Of a stretch of 64,000 nt of DNA, positions 15,001-27,000 are shown piece after piece. The stretch spans positions 110,463-174,462 of the forward strand of contig JAGWOI010000002.1 in the NCBI GenBank assembly GCA_028870995.1, given 5' to 3'. The position numbers and the translations under genes are program-made. Below the pieces are notes generated by a model, which had not been told where the DNA came from, searched no databases, and saw only the letters and a list, made by a program, of their open reading frames with translations. The stretch comes from Candidatus Omnitrophota bacterium. Its GTDB lineage: Bacteria; Omnitrophota; Gorgyraeia; Zapsychrales; Fredricksoniimonadaceae. The stretch's first letter is position 1. The number at the start of each line of letters is the position of its first letter.

Positions 15001-18000
15001 TCATCCACGTGCTTGGGCAAACTAAACGCCAGACCCTGGAATTCGTCCCATCCAAAACCTCGGAAGATTGGCATAAAGCGGATATCCGTTTCTATATCGG
15101 CCGCGTAGAGAACGATTTCCTATCCTTCAAGATGGTGAGCCTCATAGGGGTGTCGATGCTGGCCATGAACATATGGCTCATGACAAACTACCTGGACATG
15201 CTTAATATCATTTTATTGTTCCCCACCTTGTTATTTAACGTTGGTCTTGTGATAGGACCGTTTGTTATGAGGACCATTCCCGGCAAGCATATCAATCCGT
15301 TGTTAACGTATTTGGCAGCCGTTGGCGGGTTTGCCGGAGCCGGTCTGGTCTATTGGGGCATGACTATCCTGGCAGGTGTTAATTTCTATGCCGTTGTAGG
15401 AGTTGGCATCTATACGGCGCTGGCATTGATCGGTTGGGTGTTAAAAGGAAGAGTGCTGTCCCATTTGAGAAACAATGGTGTTAAGGAAATTAAGGGCAAG
15501 GATATAGGTGCAGTCATTAGCGAACAAATTACCTTAACCGACGCCGTTACCGCCTTCAACAAGCGTTGGGAAAGTATAAAAGGAGATTATAAGAACAACA
15601 AGATATCCGTTGGTCAAGCGGTCTGGCAGTCGGTTTGGAATGCGGCCCTCTTGGCCTTGACGGCGGTATCCGCACCTTTGGCCAAGCCTCTTGATACCTT
15701 GAACATAAAGGCCCTTAATTTCAAGAACCAGAAAATCACACGCTTCGTATCTGTGAGCATGCGCGGCTTTGTCATCGGCATGGGGGTGCTTTTCTGGTTT
15801 TTCATCGTCCCGGTGCCAGGCCTGTTGTTCCTGGAAACTCAACAGGCCCATGTTGTGCTTCAGTTTATCGATTTGTTCAAAGACGCTCTGTGGGTCTTTG
15901 GCGGCGTATCAATGCTGACAGCAGCAGGTCTTTTAACTTCATGGATCGAGCGCGAAGGGTTTGTGCAGAAAGCCCTTAATTACATGAGAATGCCGCAAAC
16001 TGTATTTAACATTAAATTGTTCCGCGACGGCAGTCAGGTGAGGTTCGGCGTGCTTTATCGCTTCCTGACGGAATACGAAGAAATGGTGCAGAAGGATAAC
16101 ACCCTTACCGATGAGCAGCGGCAAAGAGCAACTCATAGATTTGCCAAGATCCGGGGTCTCTTTGCGGACGCAGGGATTTATATCCATCAGGCCCAAGAAG
16201 AGTACATCCAGAAGACCTTGGATGATGTCGAGTATCTTTTAAAGGAAGTCGGTCCGGACCGTTTCGAGCAAGAGTACGCGAACCATTACAAGAGGATTGT
16301 ACAGGATAACCTGATCTACGATCATTCGGCGGCATACAAAATAATAACTGACAATACCAGCAAGATTGTGAAAAATTTGGATGTGCCCGGGAAGCAAGAC
16401 GTTGTCAGAGAAATAATGGCAAGCCACGACATTATTGTTAACAGGGGTCGGGTTTGGGGTTGGATAGTGCCGGGCTTACAGCAGGCATTCTATTCTGCTA
16501 ATTCAGGTGATGCCGTTCAGGCCAAGAACCATTTAGTAGAAGTTTTGATTCTGGAAATGAAGGCTCGTGCCAATAAATTGATAGCCGATAAGAAAGAAGA
16601 AGTTTTCAGGCGTCTTGATACCGCTGCAGGAAGAGCAGCTGTTGGAGCTGCCATTGCCGGCCAGCAGGCTGCCTTAAACAAAACAGTCGTTTGGGGCTGG
16701 ATCTTGTCCATCAATGGTTTGCAAGAGGCCTTTGAGATAGTCAACAACGGTAATGAAGAAAAGGCCAAGGGCCAATTGGTTGCAATACTGTTCGAAGAGT
16801 TAACGGCGCGCGCCAATAAACTAATAACCGAGAAGACCGACGCAATCACTAGTCATTTAAATAACTCTGGGGGCAGAACAGCCGTTGAAGAGGCCCTTGC
16901 CGGTCAGAACACAGGTCACAACAAGAATGTGATTTGGAACTGGGTAGGACAAGTGGAAGCGCCTGCTGACGCGCTGAATGTGCAGGAAGCGTTTACAATT
17001 ATCAGTGGATTTAATGAGAGCAAAGCTAAAGATCATGCCTTGAAGATTTTGGCCGATGAAATATTTAAGCGCAGCATCGGAGATTTTGCGAGAGCCTATA
17101 AGACCATCATCGAAAATTTTGATGATGTTCAGAAAGTGGAAGTGGTTTTAAGGGCGTTGGCCCTAGAGCAAGAACTGGCCGTACTTGACAGGAGCGCCGG
17201 CGATGCCGTTTCTGTACGACAGCGTCAGACTCGCCATCAGATGAGAGAAGAGATCAAAGATGTCATGTGGAAATGGCTTTCACCTGAGCTGAAAAAAGTT
17301 ATCATAGGCATAAATAAAGTTTCAGAGCAAGATGCCAAAGACATCGCATTTTCCATCTTTGTGGCCGAATTGCCAACAGCCGTTATCCAGACGAAGTCTT
17401 CAAGGAAGGCGCGGGGGATCACCATGTTATTAACGGCATTGTTGACTGGAACGGCTGTGAAGGTGCTGAAGAAAGACCAGATTTTCCCGCCCGCCGCAAT
17501 GCCAAAGGGAGGCATAACAACAGGGGTGTCGGCTAAAGCCGATACTCCTGTTGGACGCGGCATCTTAACCAGGGTTGTTGTCATCTCTTCGGCTGTCTTT
17601 GCCGCCGGGGTTGCTGCTGTTAAAATTTTGCATTGGATTTTCACGAGAACGCATCGGCTGCCGGTCAAAGGCCCGGTGACCTCATGGGATCCGCTGGTTG
17701 TTCTGACGATGGGCGTTCTAGCCGGATTAAGTATTTATGGAATTATGAGTCTCGTTCGGTTCTTTAAAGATCAGCGTAAGATGGAGCGCGTTCATTTATA
17801 TGGAGAGGAATGGACTGAATCCTGGCAAAAATTGGCGGTCGAGGCAAGAGCTGTCATAGAGAAATTCAAGGCTTTGCGCCGTGGACAGACGGCAGGGACA
17901 ATGCCGGACGGAAAGTCGGAGAACAAGCCGGCAAATACAAATACGCCTGAACAAAGAAGTCTGAATATTGCCAATGATAAGCCAGATGCAGGCACACCTG

Positions 18001-21000
18001 CAGAGACAGCGCAAATAACCGCGAAATCAACCCAAGCCGCCATGCCTGAAACGCCGGCGGCGGCTGTTGCACAGCAGATCCTTAACAATATTCACAACCT
18101 CGCACCGCCGGTCCAGGAAGGCGATACAGTTGTTATCACGCTCTCCCAGCAGAAAGTCGAGAAGTCCCTGCAGTTTGAAGTTGCCAAAATACTCAAGAAT
18201 TCCATCGAAATCAAGGCCCAGAAACGCGACGGTACGATCACAACGGTGCCCGCCGATCAAATCACCATCCGCTTTGCCAGCGTACATGTTGATATTTCCA
18301 GAACAACCTTAAGAGACGCTGTTAAAGTGATCTTTGAAACCGCCTCCTATTCAAAAACATTTGAATTAATGGCCGATCAAATTTCTGTTGGGGCAAAGAA
18401 TGGCATGATCGCAAAGGCCGCGATTGGAACCGCTCTATTCTTTGTTGGTGTTGCGGACGTTCCTGCCGCCAGCAGGGTGTGGCACATGTTGGCTTCCTGG
18501 GATTGGGTGGACCGGACAGGTATTCTGGCGCTGGGTCTTTTAGGGTTTTACGTGACCTGCCTTATCGGCCATCATTTCTATGCTCAACGCCGCGACGAGC
18601 GCAATGAAGAACGCGACAAGCAGAAAAACGGAAACGATCTCATCGGCTTCTGCGGCAACGCCACCGATCCTGCCAAGCGCGCCTTTGCCCAGGGCATCAG
18701 GGAAGGCAAGATCAAAGAAACACGGATCGCGGGTTATAAGATCGACCGCCGCAGAGTTCCTGCCGAGTTGAAGCAGTTCTTCAACAAGACCGAAACGGAA
18801 TTTTATGAATTTGATTTCGACCGGATCATGGCCGATTTGCAAAGCGGTGCCCTGGACAAAGACACCTATGGTGCCATGAACGATCTTCAGGAAACCACCA
18901 TCTTTGCCACCGAACAGGCAGTCGACGGCAAGAAAAAGAAGATCATCAGGAAGGTTCATTTCTCCGCCATGGCCCGCAAAGTATTCGACGAGCTGTTCCC
19001 TGACGATAATCCGCAGGACAAGATGGTCGCCTGCACCAGCATCGATGTGCATGAGGCGGTTGAGCTCGATGGCACAAGTCATCCTCATGCCGTGGATTTG
19101 CAAAAGACGGTCAAGGGATACCGGGATAACGGGGTGGGCAGCCGCCTGGAGCGATTGCAGGATCTTGAGGTCGTTATCATCCCGATCGCCGACAACGGGA
19201 TCAAGGCCGAAAACGTTTACGGCCGTATTATTACCGAAGAGCGAAAAGGTTTCCCGCAGGAGAAGCTGGAACTGGCCTTTGCCGACCGCAACCTCACCCA
19301 TATTGTCGCGGCCATCCGCGAGATCGACAGCCACATTAGGAGAAACCCGCTGACCTGGCTGTTCCAGTCACGTCCCCATGAAGTGGCGGATATCATTGAG
19401 CAAGTCCACCAGGCGCTCATTAAGGAACAGGGGCGGATTTCGCCCACCACCAGCGTTCAGCAGTTGTTCGAAAATCTCATGAACGAAACCCTCAGCGATG
19501 ACCAAATCAAGAAGCTGGATGAGTGGGGCGTTGACGGTGCAGGGGAGGTGGTCAAGGTCAATAAGGGCGAAGGCACCATTCATGATCTTATCTACAAGAG
19601 CCTGGATGAAGGCGAAGGTCTGTATTTCATTCCGCTTATCGGCAATCCTTCGGCTGTTTATGAGACGGAGGTCAGGAGACTTTTGGGTGAGACTTCCCGC
19701 CCAGGCGCCCTTCCCCGTCCTGGAGCTCTTCAAACCATATTGAATCCCTTCCTGCGGGCTATCCGCCGCTCGAACCGTTCCATGGAATACGTGTACCAAT
19801 ATATGATCCAGGAAGAGCTTCCTTACCAGGCGGGCTTTGCCGGGGCCCTGACGAAGAATTCCTTTGGCGGGAAGCTGGATTTCCCCAAGATATTCGCCGC
19901 AGCGGCAGCCAAAGGGTACGTCATCGCCTTTGATCACCAAAAGATCAAAGGGTTTGTCAATCCCCGCTTCAATGGACTGGACGAGGAATTCAAGTCCATG
20001 GTCAGGACCGACCATCCGGAATATACCGAGGAGCAATTCATCCAGATCGAAGCCGTCTTTAGCCAGACCTTGAACTCCATGAAATGGGCTGAGGCCATGG
20101 TCTTTGACATCATGAAACATTGCGAAGCGTTCATTCAGAAGCAAGAAGAGAAGTTCAGGGAAATGAGGAAGGACGGCAAGACGATCTCCGACCTGCAGAA
20201 AAAGCCATTGGAAATGCATTCCGAGGCCCATAGCGTTTATGAGGAGATCGCCTGGGAGCTCATCATGGATTATTCCTACCGTTTCCAGGAATCGCGCGAA
20301 GTCATCCAGCAGCATATCGTCTCCGTCAAACTGGGCGCCATCCAGAATGTGATCAAAGATTTAATAGATTATATCAATGCCCGGGAGGGTATGAGCGTCT
20401 TGCCCGGTCTCATGAACGAGCAAGCGGCCCTGTACCTTGGCCTGGCCAGGCAGGCTGTCGAAAAAATCGTCAACGGGCAATCGGATTATTTGAGTTACCG
20501 CCGGGCCTTGAATGAGGCGGTGGACGCTGCCCTCAACGACGAGCAGTTTGAACGGGGGATATTGCCTCGCATGACGGTCATTTATGAGAGTTTTTATATC
20601 AACATAGCCGGAAAGGCCATTGCCCCCGATCAATTGGCCGATCAGGTCCGTCTGGAGAGCCGCCGCTATTTTGAGAACATAGCGGATTACATTGTCCAGG
20701 AAGCTGACCGCAGGATCCGCGAGAAGAGCGTCCAGATCGACGAAGACGCCAAGGTCATTATTTTGTTCGACCGGGTGCCTACACCGATCGAGTTTTCCAA
20801 CATACTGGGCTTTTACCGGCAGACCTTCCGGGGGGCGCTCAACTCCAAAGGATCGGTGAGGACTTCGCATTACAGCAACGTGGCCAAGAGCGCCCGCAAG
20901 CCGCTGTTGAATATCCGGCCTGAAGACAAAGGCAGTTTTAAGAAGAGGCAGCTGGTTTTGATCAGCCGGGGCAAGATTTATATTAATCCGGACCATGAAA

Positions 21001-24000
21001 CCAGACAACAGGCTCGTGCCGCCGAGAGGATGCAGAAAGCCTATGAGAGATATTGCCAGGTTTTGGCCAAAGGTTCTGCAGCGAAGGCGGGGGCCAATGC
21101 GGATACGGCTGAAGAGTTTAAGACGGCCGTAATCCAGTACGGTGCCGGCTTTATCGGCTTGCGCCGTTCTGAGAACGGCTACGAAACCATAGTGTTCCGT
21201 TCCAAACGCGAGCAGGAGATAAAGGACGAGGCCATGTACGAGAATGCCCAGGGCCGCAACAGCACGGCGCGATTTATCGATTACGCGTTTGCTAATGACA
21301 AAAAACCGCTGTGCCTTGAGCACATCGAATACAGCGGCGAGAAAGGCTGTTTGGAGCATCCCCTCGTCTGGGCCCTGGCCGTCGAACAGGCCGTCAGCTG
21401 GGGGAAAATCAGCAACAAGGAGACCGTGAAATCCTTCCGTGCCATGTTCCCCATGATCGAGACCGTCGAAGATTTTGACCGGGCCTTGGGCCTGGTGGCG
21501 GAAGCCATGAACTCCGCCGGATTGGATCCGCGCGGATTCATGAGGCAGATAGGCTCCATGCTCGAGACGCCGCAGGCCCTGGCCAACATGGAACTCCTGA
21601 TGCAAAAGGTGTTATTTTTCAGTGTCGGGACCAATGACCTTATCGCCAAACTGTATAAGGTCGACCGTTCCAATCCGAATCAAAGCGCCAGTTACTATAA
21701 GAACGTGCGGGTGTGGGCCACAACCCTGATCAGACAGGCCGTGGGCAAATCCAATGATGAGGGCGTTGACATTTCCATTTGCGGGGACTTGGCGGCCATG
21801 AAGAGATTCTGGTTTGTGTGGCACAACTGGGAAAGCCGCGGGTTCGAGGTGGGATTAAGCATGCCGGCGCCGATGATACCGGAATTCAAAGCCTGGATCA
21901 AGGTCCTCAAAGGGCTTGAATGTCCCGAACTGGATCAAATCAACCGGGCCATTGACCAGGCGCTTTGCGAAATGGAGGCCTTCCTGGCTGAAAACCACAC
22001 CAGGGAAGAGATACTGGCCAAGGATGGGGAACTCACCGAAAGACTTAATAAAACTTTTGACGAAACCCGTGTAGAGGAAAAACTGGAAAGGCTGATCCAT
22101 ATTAAGGCTTTAAGATGGACAGACAAGCAGGACGAGCAAACGCCGCAGGCCCGCCGGGTCTTAGGCTGGCTGCCCTACCTGCCGGCGCTGGTTTATCATC
22201 ACGGCTGGCGGGTGGTCCTGGCCCTGTTGCAATCCGATTATTACATTATCCGGGCATTCTTAAAGGTTTACGGAAAGTTTAAAGGCATCTTGAAATTCAT
22301 CGCTCACGGCGGGGTCGCCGCCTGGGCCAGTAATTTCGAACGCTCCCGCATATTGGAACAGATTCCCGACCTGCAGCGTCATGCCATCATCGCCCATGAG
22401 ATGACGCACCGACGTTGGTATGCACCGGAAGCAAAGGCTTACTTTGTAGAAGGGAAAATACTTTTGGAAGGTTTCACGGCACCCTTGAAGGCCGCCAAGA
22501 GCATTCTCCACGAACAAGTCATTCCTCTTTTAAACGAATCCCATTTGGAAGAACTGGCCACCGGCCAAGTGAGCCTGACCTATGATCCCAAGGTGCCGTA
22601 TACCGTCTTTTATATTACGCCCGATGTGCTGGCCATTAATTTGAAATGGCTGGAAAACGACGGCACCATCAACGCGTTAAGGACGACCTTCTTTTATCAC
22701 ATCATCTTGAATTATCTCGAGAATACCCCCGATAACGTGATCCGCAGATCGATGCATATGCCCGCAGGGTCCAGGGCCGGCGACAAATATTTCAGCGCCG
22801 GCGCCTTCGACAGTTCCTTCTTAAGAGACATCGACTTGCTGCTTATCGAGGACAGGTTGAAGAAAGTTTTGTCGGAACGCGCGGCGTACCGCCTCTCCTT
22901 CGACCGCGAGTTGATCGCCATCGGTATCCAGCGCCGTAATCGCGGTTCGTGGCGCAGGGTCAGGGGCAGGCCGTCGCGTACCGTGGTTTTGGAAATTGCG
23001 GCCCGGGCAGCCATTGCGGAGGCCACCGGATATGCCGTTGATGAAGACGAAGATCTAAAGAACCTGCTTGGCTATGCGCTCAGGCACAATGACAAGGAGT
23101 ATTTTCAACGCCTTAAAGAAGAATTGAAGAAGTTTTATTTGTCGATCGAATTCAATAATGAGTTTTCGCTGCGCGAAATATCATTGGAGGAATTCAGGAA
23201 GATGAATCCGCTGGCCAGGCTTGCCTATGTTTATTCCTACGAAGGGCTGGGGATCATTCCCCCGGGGATGACGGACAATTTACGTGCCGCGCTGGAAGCG
23301 GCCGGCCGCGTGCAGCACCAGTACCTGGGTCTTTTGGCCGAAATGCCCATGATCGTCTACCGGTGGGCCGAGATCGACAAAAGGGACCTCTTTGCCCTGG
23401 ATGCCATCAAGGCAGTTTTGAAAACCATGGGGGTCAATGACAAGGATGAGATCGACAGGCTGTCCACCAATATTTGGAAAGGCCAGTGGGACAATATCCG
23501 CCTCCAGGAAGAGGCCAGCCGGCTTCCGGGCTCTGATATCAAATCGGAATCGGAGATAGTTCCCTTTAAAACCACACGGCAGTTGCGCGAAACCTGGGAA
23601 TATTATTTTAATGCGGATAAAACTCCGGCGGAACGGGCGCAGGATTTCTATCGATTTTATAAGAACATCATCGATGCCATATTAAACGGCACCTGGACAC
23701 CGGAACTTTACAAAAAACTGTGGGAAGAAACCAAGAAAATCCTGGAGGAGTTTAGAAGCATGGCTCAAAGCGCGCCCGAAGGCAGCCTGAGTCAGGAGGA
23801 AAAGGCCAAGACCATATTGGAACGTATCTTTGCCGCCAAACCTTATGTGCCGGCTTCTTCGGGCCTGTTCTTTTTCAAATACATCCACGGCGGATTATCC
23901 ATTTTTGATATTTTCCCGCCCGATTCATACCTGAACAATATTTATTACACCTTGCGTGGGATCATCGAGAAAAAATCCACCCGGTTCGAAATATTGTTCC

Positions 24001-27000
24001 AGGCCTATGACATGCGCAGCCGCATGTTGTTCCTGAAACAGCACGGATGGGTGACGGACAAGCCTTATGAACAGCTGACCATTGAAGAGAAGTTGTATGT
24101 GGACGGCATTTATCAGCGGGTCAGCAAGAACGAGGTACAAAAAGCCAACCAGCGCTTGAGGGCTGCAGGGATGCCGGCCGACACCCGTGTGGTGGTCATG
24201 TATAAAATGATGGTTGAGGAACAAGACCGGCTGGTGGAAAAGGTGACCATCGAAAAGGGGCTCTCGCTGGGAGATTGGGCGCGAAGTTTGACTAATAAAG
24301 AAGTGGTTTACCCGCCGCATTTCGATCCGGAACATGTGCCGTCATCCAAGGTGCTCATCAACAGCGAGGAACTATTCAGGTACGTGCTTTACAGTCTTTT
24401 ACAGAAGTCCGGGACATCCCTCAGCAGGGAACAACAGGAATTGATCCGTGCGGTTGAAGCCAAAGAATCCTTTAGCGAGATGAAAAAGATAATACATCTT
24501 CCTAATGGTCCCAGGTCTGGTCCGTCGAATTCCGGCGGGACAGCTGCATCCAGTATCGCGGGCGCAGCCGTGTTGAAGGGAGGCTTGATCAAGGCGGGAG
24601 GAGCAGCAGCCGTTAAGGCAGGTCTGTCGGCCGTCCTTGTCTCTGCTGCCGCGCTTCTCGTGGCCGGCATGGGGGTTTTGGCCGTCTGGGGTATCAGGAA
24701 GTTTCTGGCCCGAAAACAAAATTCGGAGAATCCGAGTGTTCCGCAAGAGGCAGCTTTTGCCGCTCCTGCCGAAATCCCGCCGGCCTTGCGCCCGCGCAGC
24801 GCCAAGGAACAGTCCAAATTCGAACTTTCCCTGAAGCTTTTGCAGGACCTGAAGCATCCCACACGAGTTCTGTTCGTGGTGCCCATGTACAAAGAAATGA
24901 AGCGTTTAAGCCCTGAGGGTGAAGATGCGCTGCGCATGAAGGTGGCCCAGATGCTGTATTTAAAACAAAACAGCGTGTTTTTCGACGGCAGGCTGTTGTT
25001 CATCGACGATGGGACCCCGCAGATGGCTTCCCGTCAGGCCGTAGAACGGTTGTGGAACGAAATCCGCGGCGAGTATGCGGCCCAAGGCATGGTTCTTGAT
25101 GAAAAAATGGTCGAGGTCATGGAAGTGTCCGGGCAGGAGAAGAAAGCGACCGGAAGCCGCAAAGGTTACGCGGTCAAAAAGGCCATGCGCCGGGCGTTGG
25201 CGGAGGGCTGGGCACAGTTTATCGGCTATACTGATGTGGACATATCTACCAACCTGGTGCAGGTCCCGCTTTTGCTTTTCCCTCTGCTTTCCGGTCAGGC
25301 TGATGCCGCCATCGGCTCCCGCTATGCCGCTGACGCTGAATCCCGGGGCGTTTCCACGGAGCGGGTCAAGTCCTCCCGGCAATACCTTACGGCGGTGCAT
25401 ACCATCTTGCCGCCGTTGAAGGGGATTTCAGACACCCAGCGCGGCTTCAAATTATTCGACCGCGGCCTCCTCGAATTCATTCTCGCCTATTCGCATGACC
25501 AGAACGCCTTTAAATATGCCCAAGAACCGGGGCTTTCATTCGATACCGAGCTTTTGCTGTTGACCAAGCTGGCCAGGGGCAAGATCGCCGAAGTTTCCAT
25601 CGCCTGGTTCGATTCCGCTGAAGAAAGCACGATCAATCTCGGCAAGGACGCGTACAAGATGCTGCTGGGGGTCGTAAAGCAAGCCCGCTTATGGATCAAT
25701 CCAGTGACGGTGCTGCGCTTAAGGGAGTTCCACCGCAGCGGCCCGACTGCACCCGGCATCTTGACGACGCATTTCTGGGCCTGGGTGAAGGCAGAGATCG
25801 CCGCCGGACGCATGGTGGACATCATGCTTAAACCCGAAGTGATGGCCTGGGCCAAGCGGCCCGACGGAGAGACCTATCATGACTTTATTTTGCGCCGCTT
25901 AAAAGAGGAGGGATATGAATATTACCTCCTGCCGCAGCTTGACTTGGGTCTTCAAGGGGCATTCGAATTCTACGGCCGTGATCATCTTTGGGGCACGGGG
26001 GGCAAGCCTGCACCGAAATTGAACAAGCAGGGCAGCTGGTATCTGTTCGATGACATTCTTCCCTATATGGCCTCTGGACCGGTCAGGCCGGTGCTGGTCT
26101 ATCGCCGGCAAGGCATCAAGATAGAAGAATTAAAGACCGTGGTGATCGCCGGTATCCGCAAAGACCTTAACGCCGGGCTGGTTGAAAACAGGATCCACAG
26201 CGCCGACAGCATGGAAAGTGCCCAACAGGACATCAAGATCCTCTCCCAATATTACTTGAGGGATGCCGTTCATGTGCACAGCGCGCTCGATAAAATCTTT
26301 TTTAAGTACAGGACATTGATCGTTGCCGCGGACAAGGACAAGACCCTGACGGAATCTCATGAAGATTTGCCTCCGGGAACCGCGGCATTGATCGCCGGGA
26401 TCATCAAGTTGGGCGGTGCCTTTATTCTGGCCTCCGGATCAGGCATAGAGCGCCTGGAGAAGGAATTTATCAGCCAGCTGCGTGCAGCAATGGGCGGCGA
26501 GATCAAGGCTAACGACCTCCTTTATGTGATCTGTAACAACGGCTCTGCGGTTTATGAAATACGGCTGGCCGACGGCAGGCGCAAGAAAATTTATGAGGAC
26601 AACCTGGAAGAGATCGTAGGCAAGGGCAAGTTCCCGCTGGTTGAAAAGATCCTTAACGAATTTGTCAGCGAGCAGGAGGAAATAAGAACGCTTAAAATCA
26701 TGATGGAGGACCTTGAGGCCAAAGGCAAAATCAGCCGGGGCGCGTCCAGGCAGGTGAGGGTCACGCATTTGAGGGCCAATTTACAGATCCTGGGCGATCT
26801 GGGTGAAGAGTTTAAGGCGCTCCGGAATAATTTTGATCCACAACGCCAAAAACGCCAGCCCTGGGCCAGGATCATCCAGCAGCGATTGGATGAGGCCGGG
26901 ATACCGCTCAAGGCAGAGGTTTCCGGGACATCGACCATCAACATCCTGCCCAAGAACGTCAATAAGGGCAGCGGCATGATGCTGCTGCTCAAACATTTGA

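Noticed and set aside
18540-21605. Long minus-strand ORFs inside the giant gene (18540..19334 264 aa; 19368..20315 315 aa; 20361..21605 414 aa; also 30831..31598 255 aa, 24389..25003 204 aa, 8022..8624 200 aa)
   Set aside because: They lie antisense to a frame that is open for 43 kb and that carries recognisable domains in the + frame (e.g. the PEP-utilising module at 20,790-21,900). Their translations are low-complexity and Arg/Gly/Leu-rich, with no motifs. They are typical shadow ORFs of a GC-rich coding strand.
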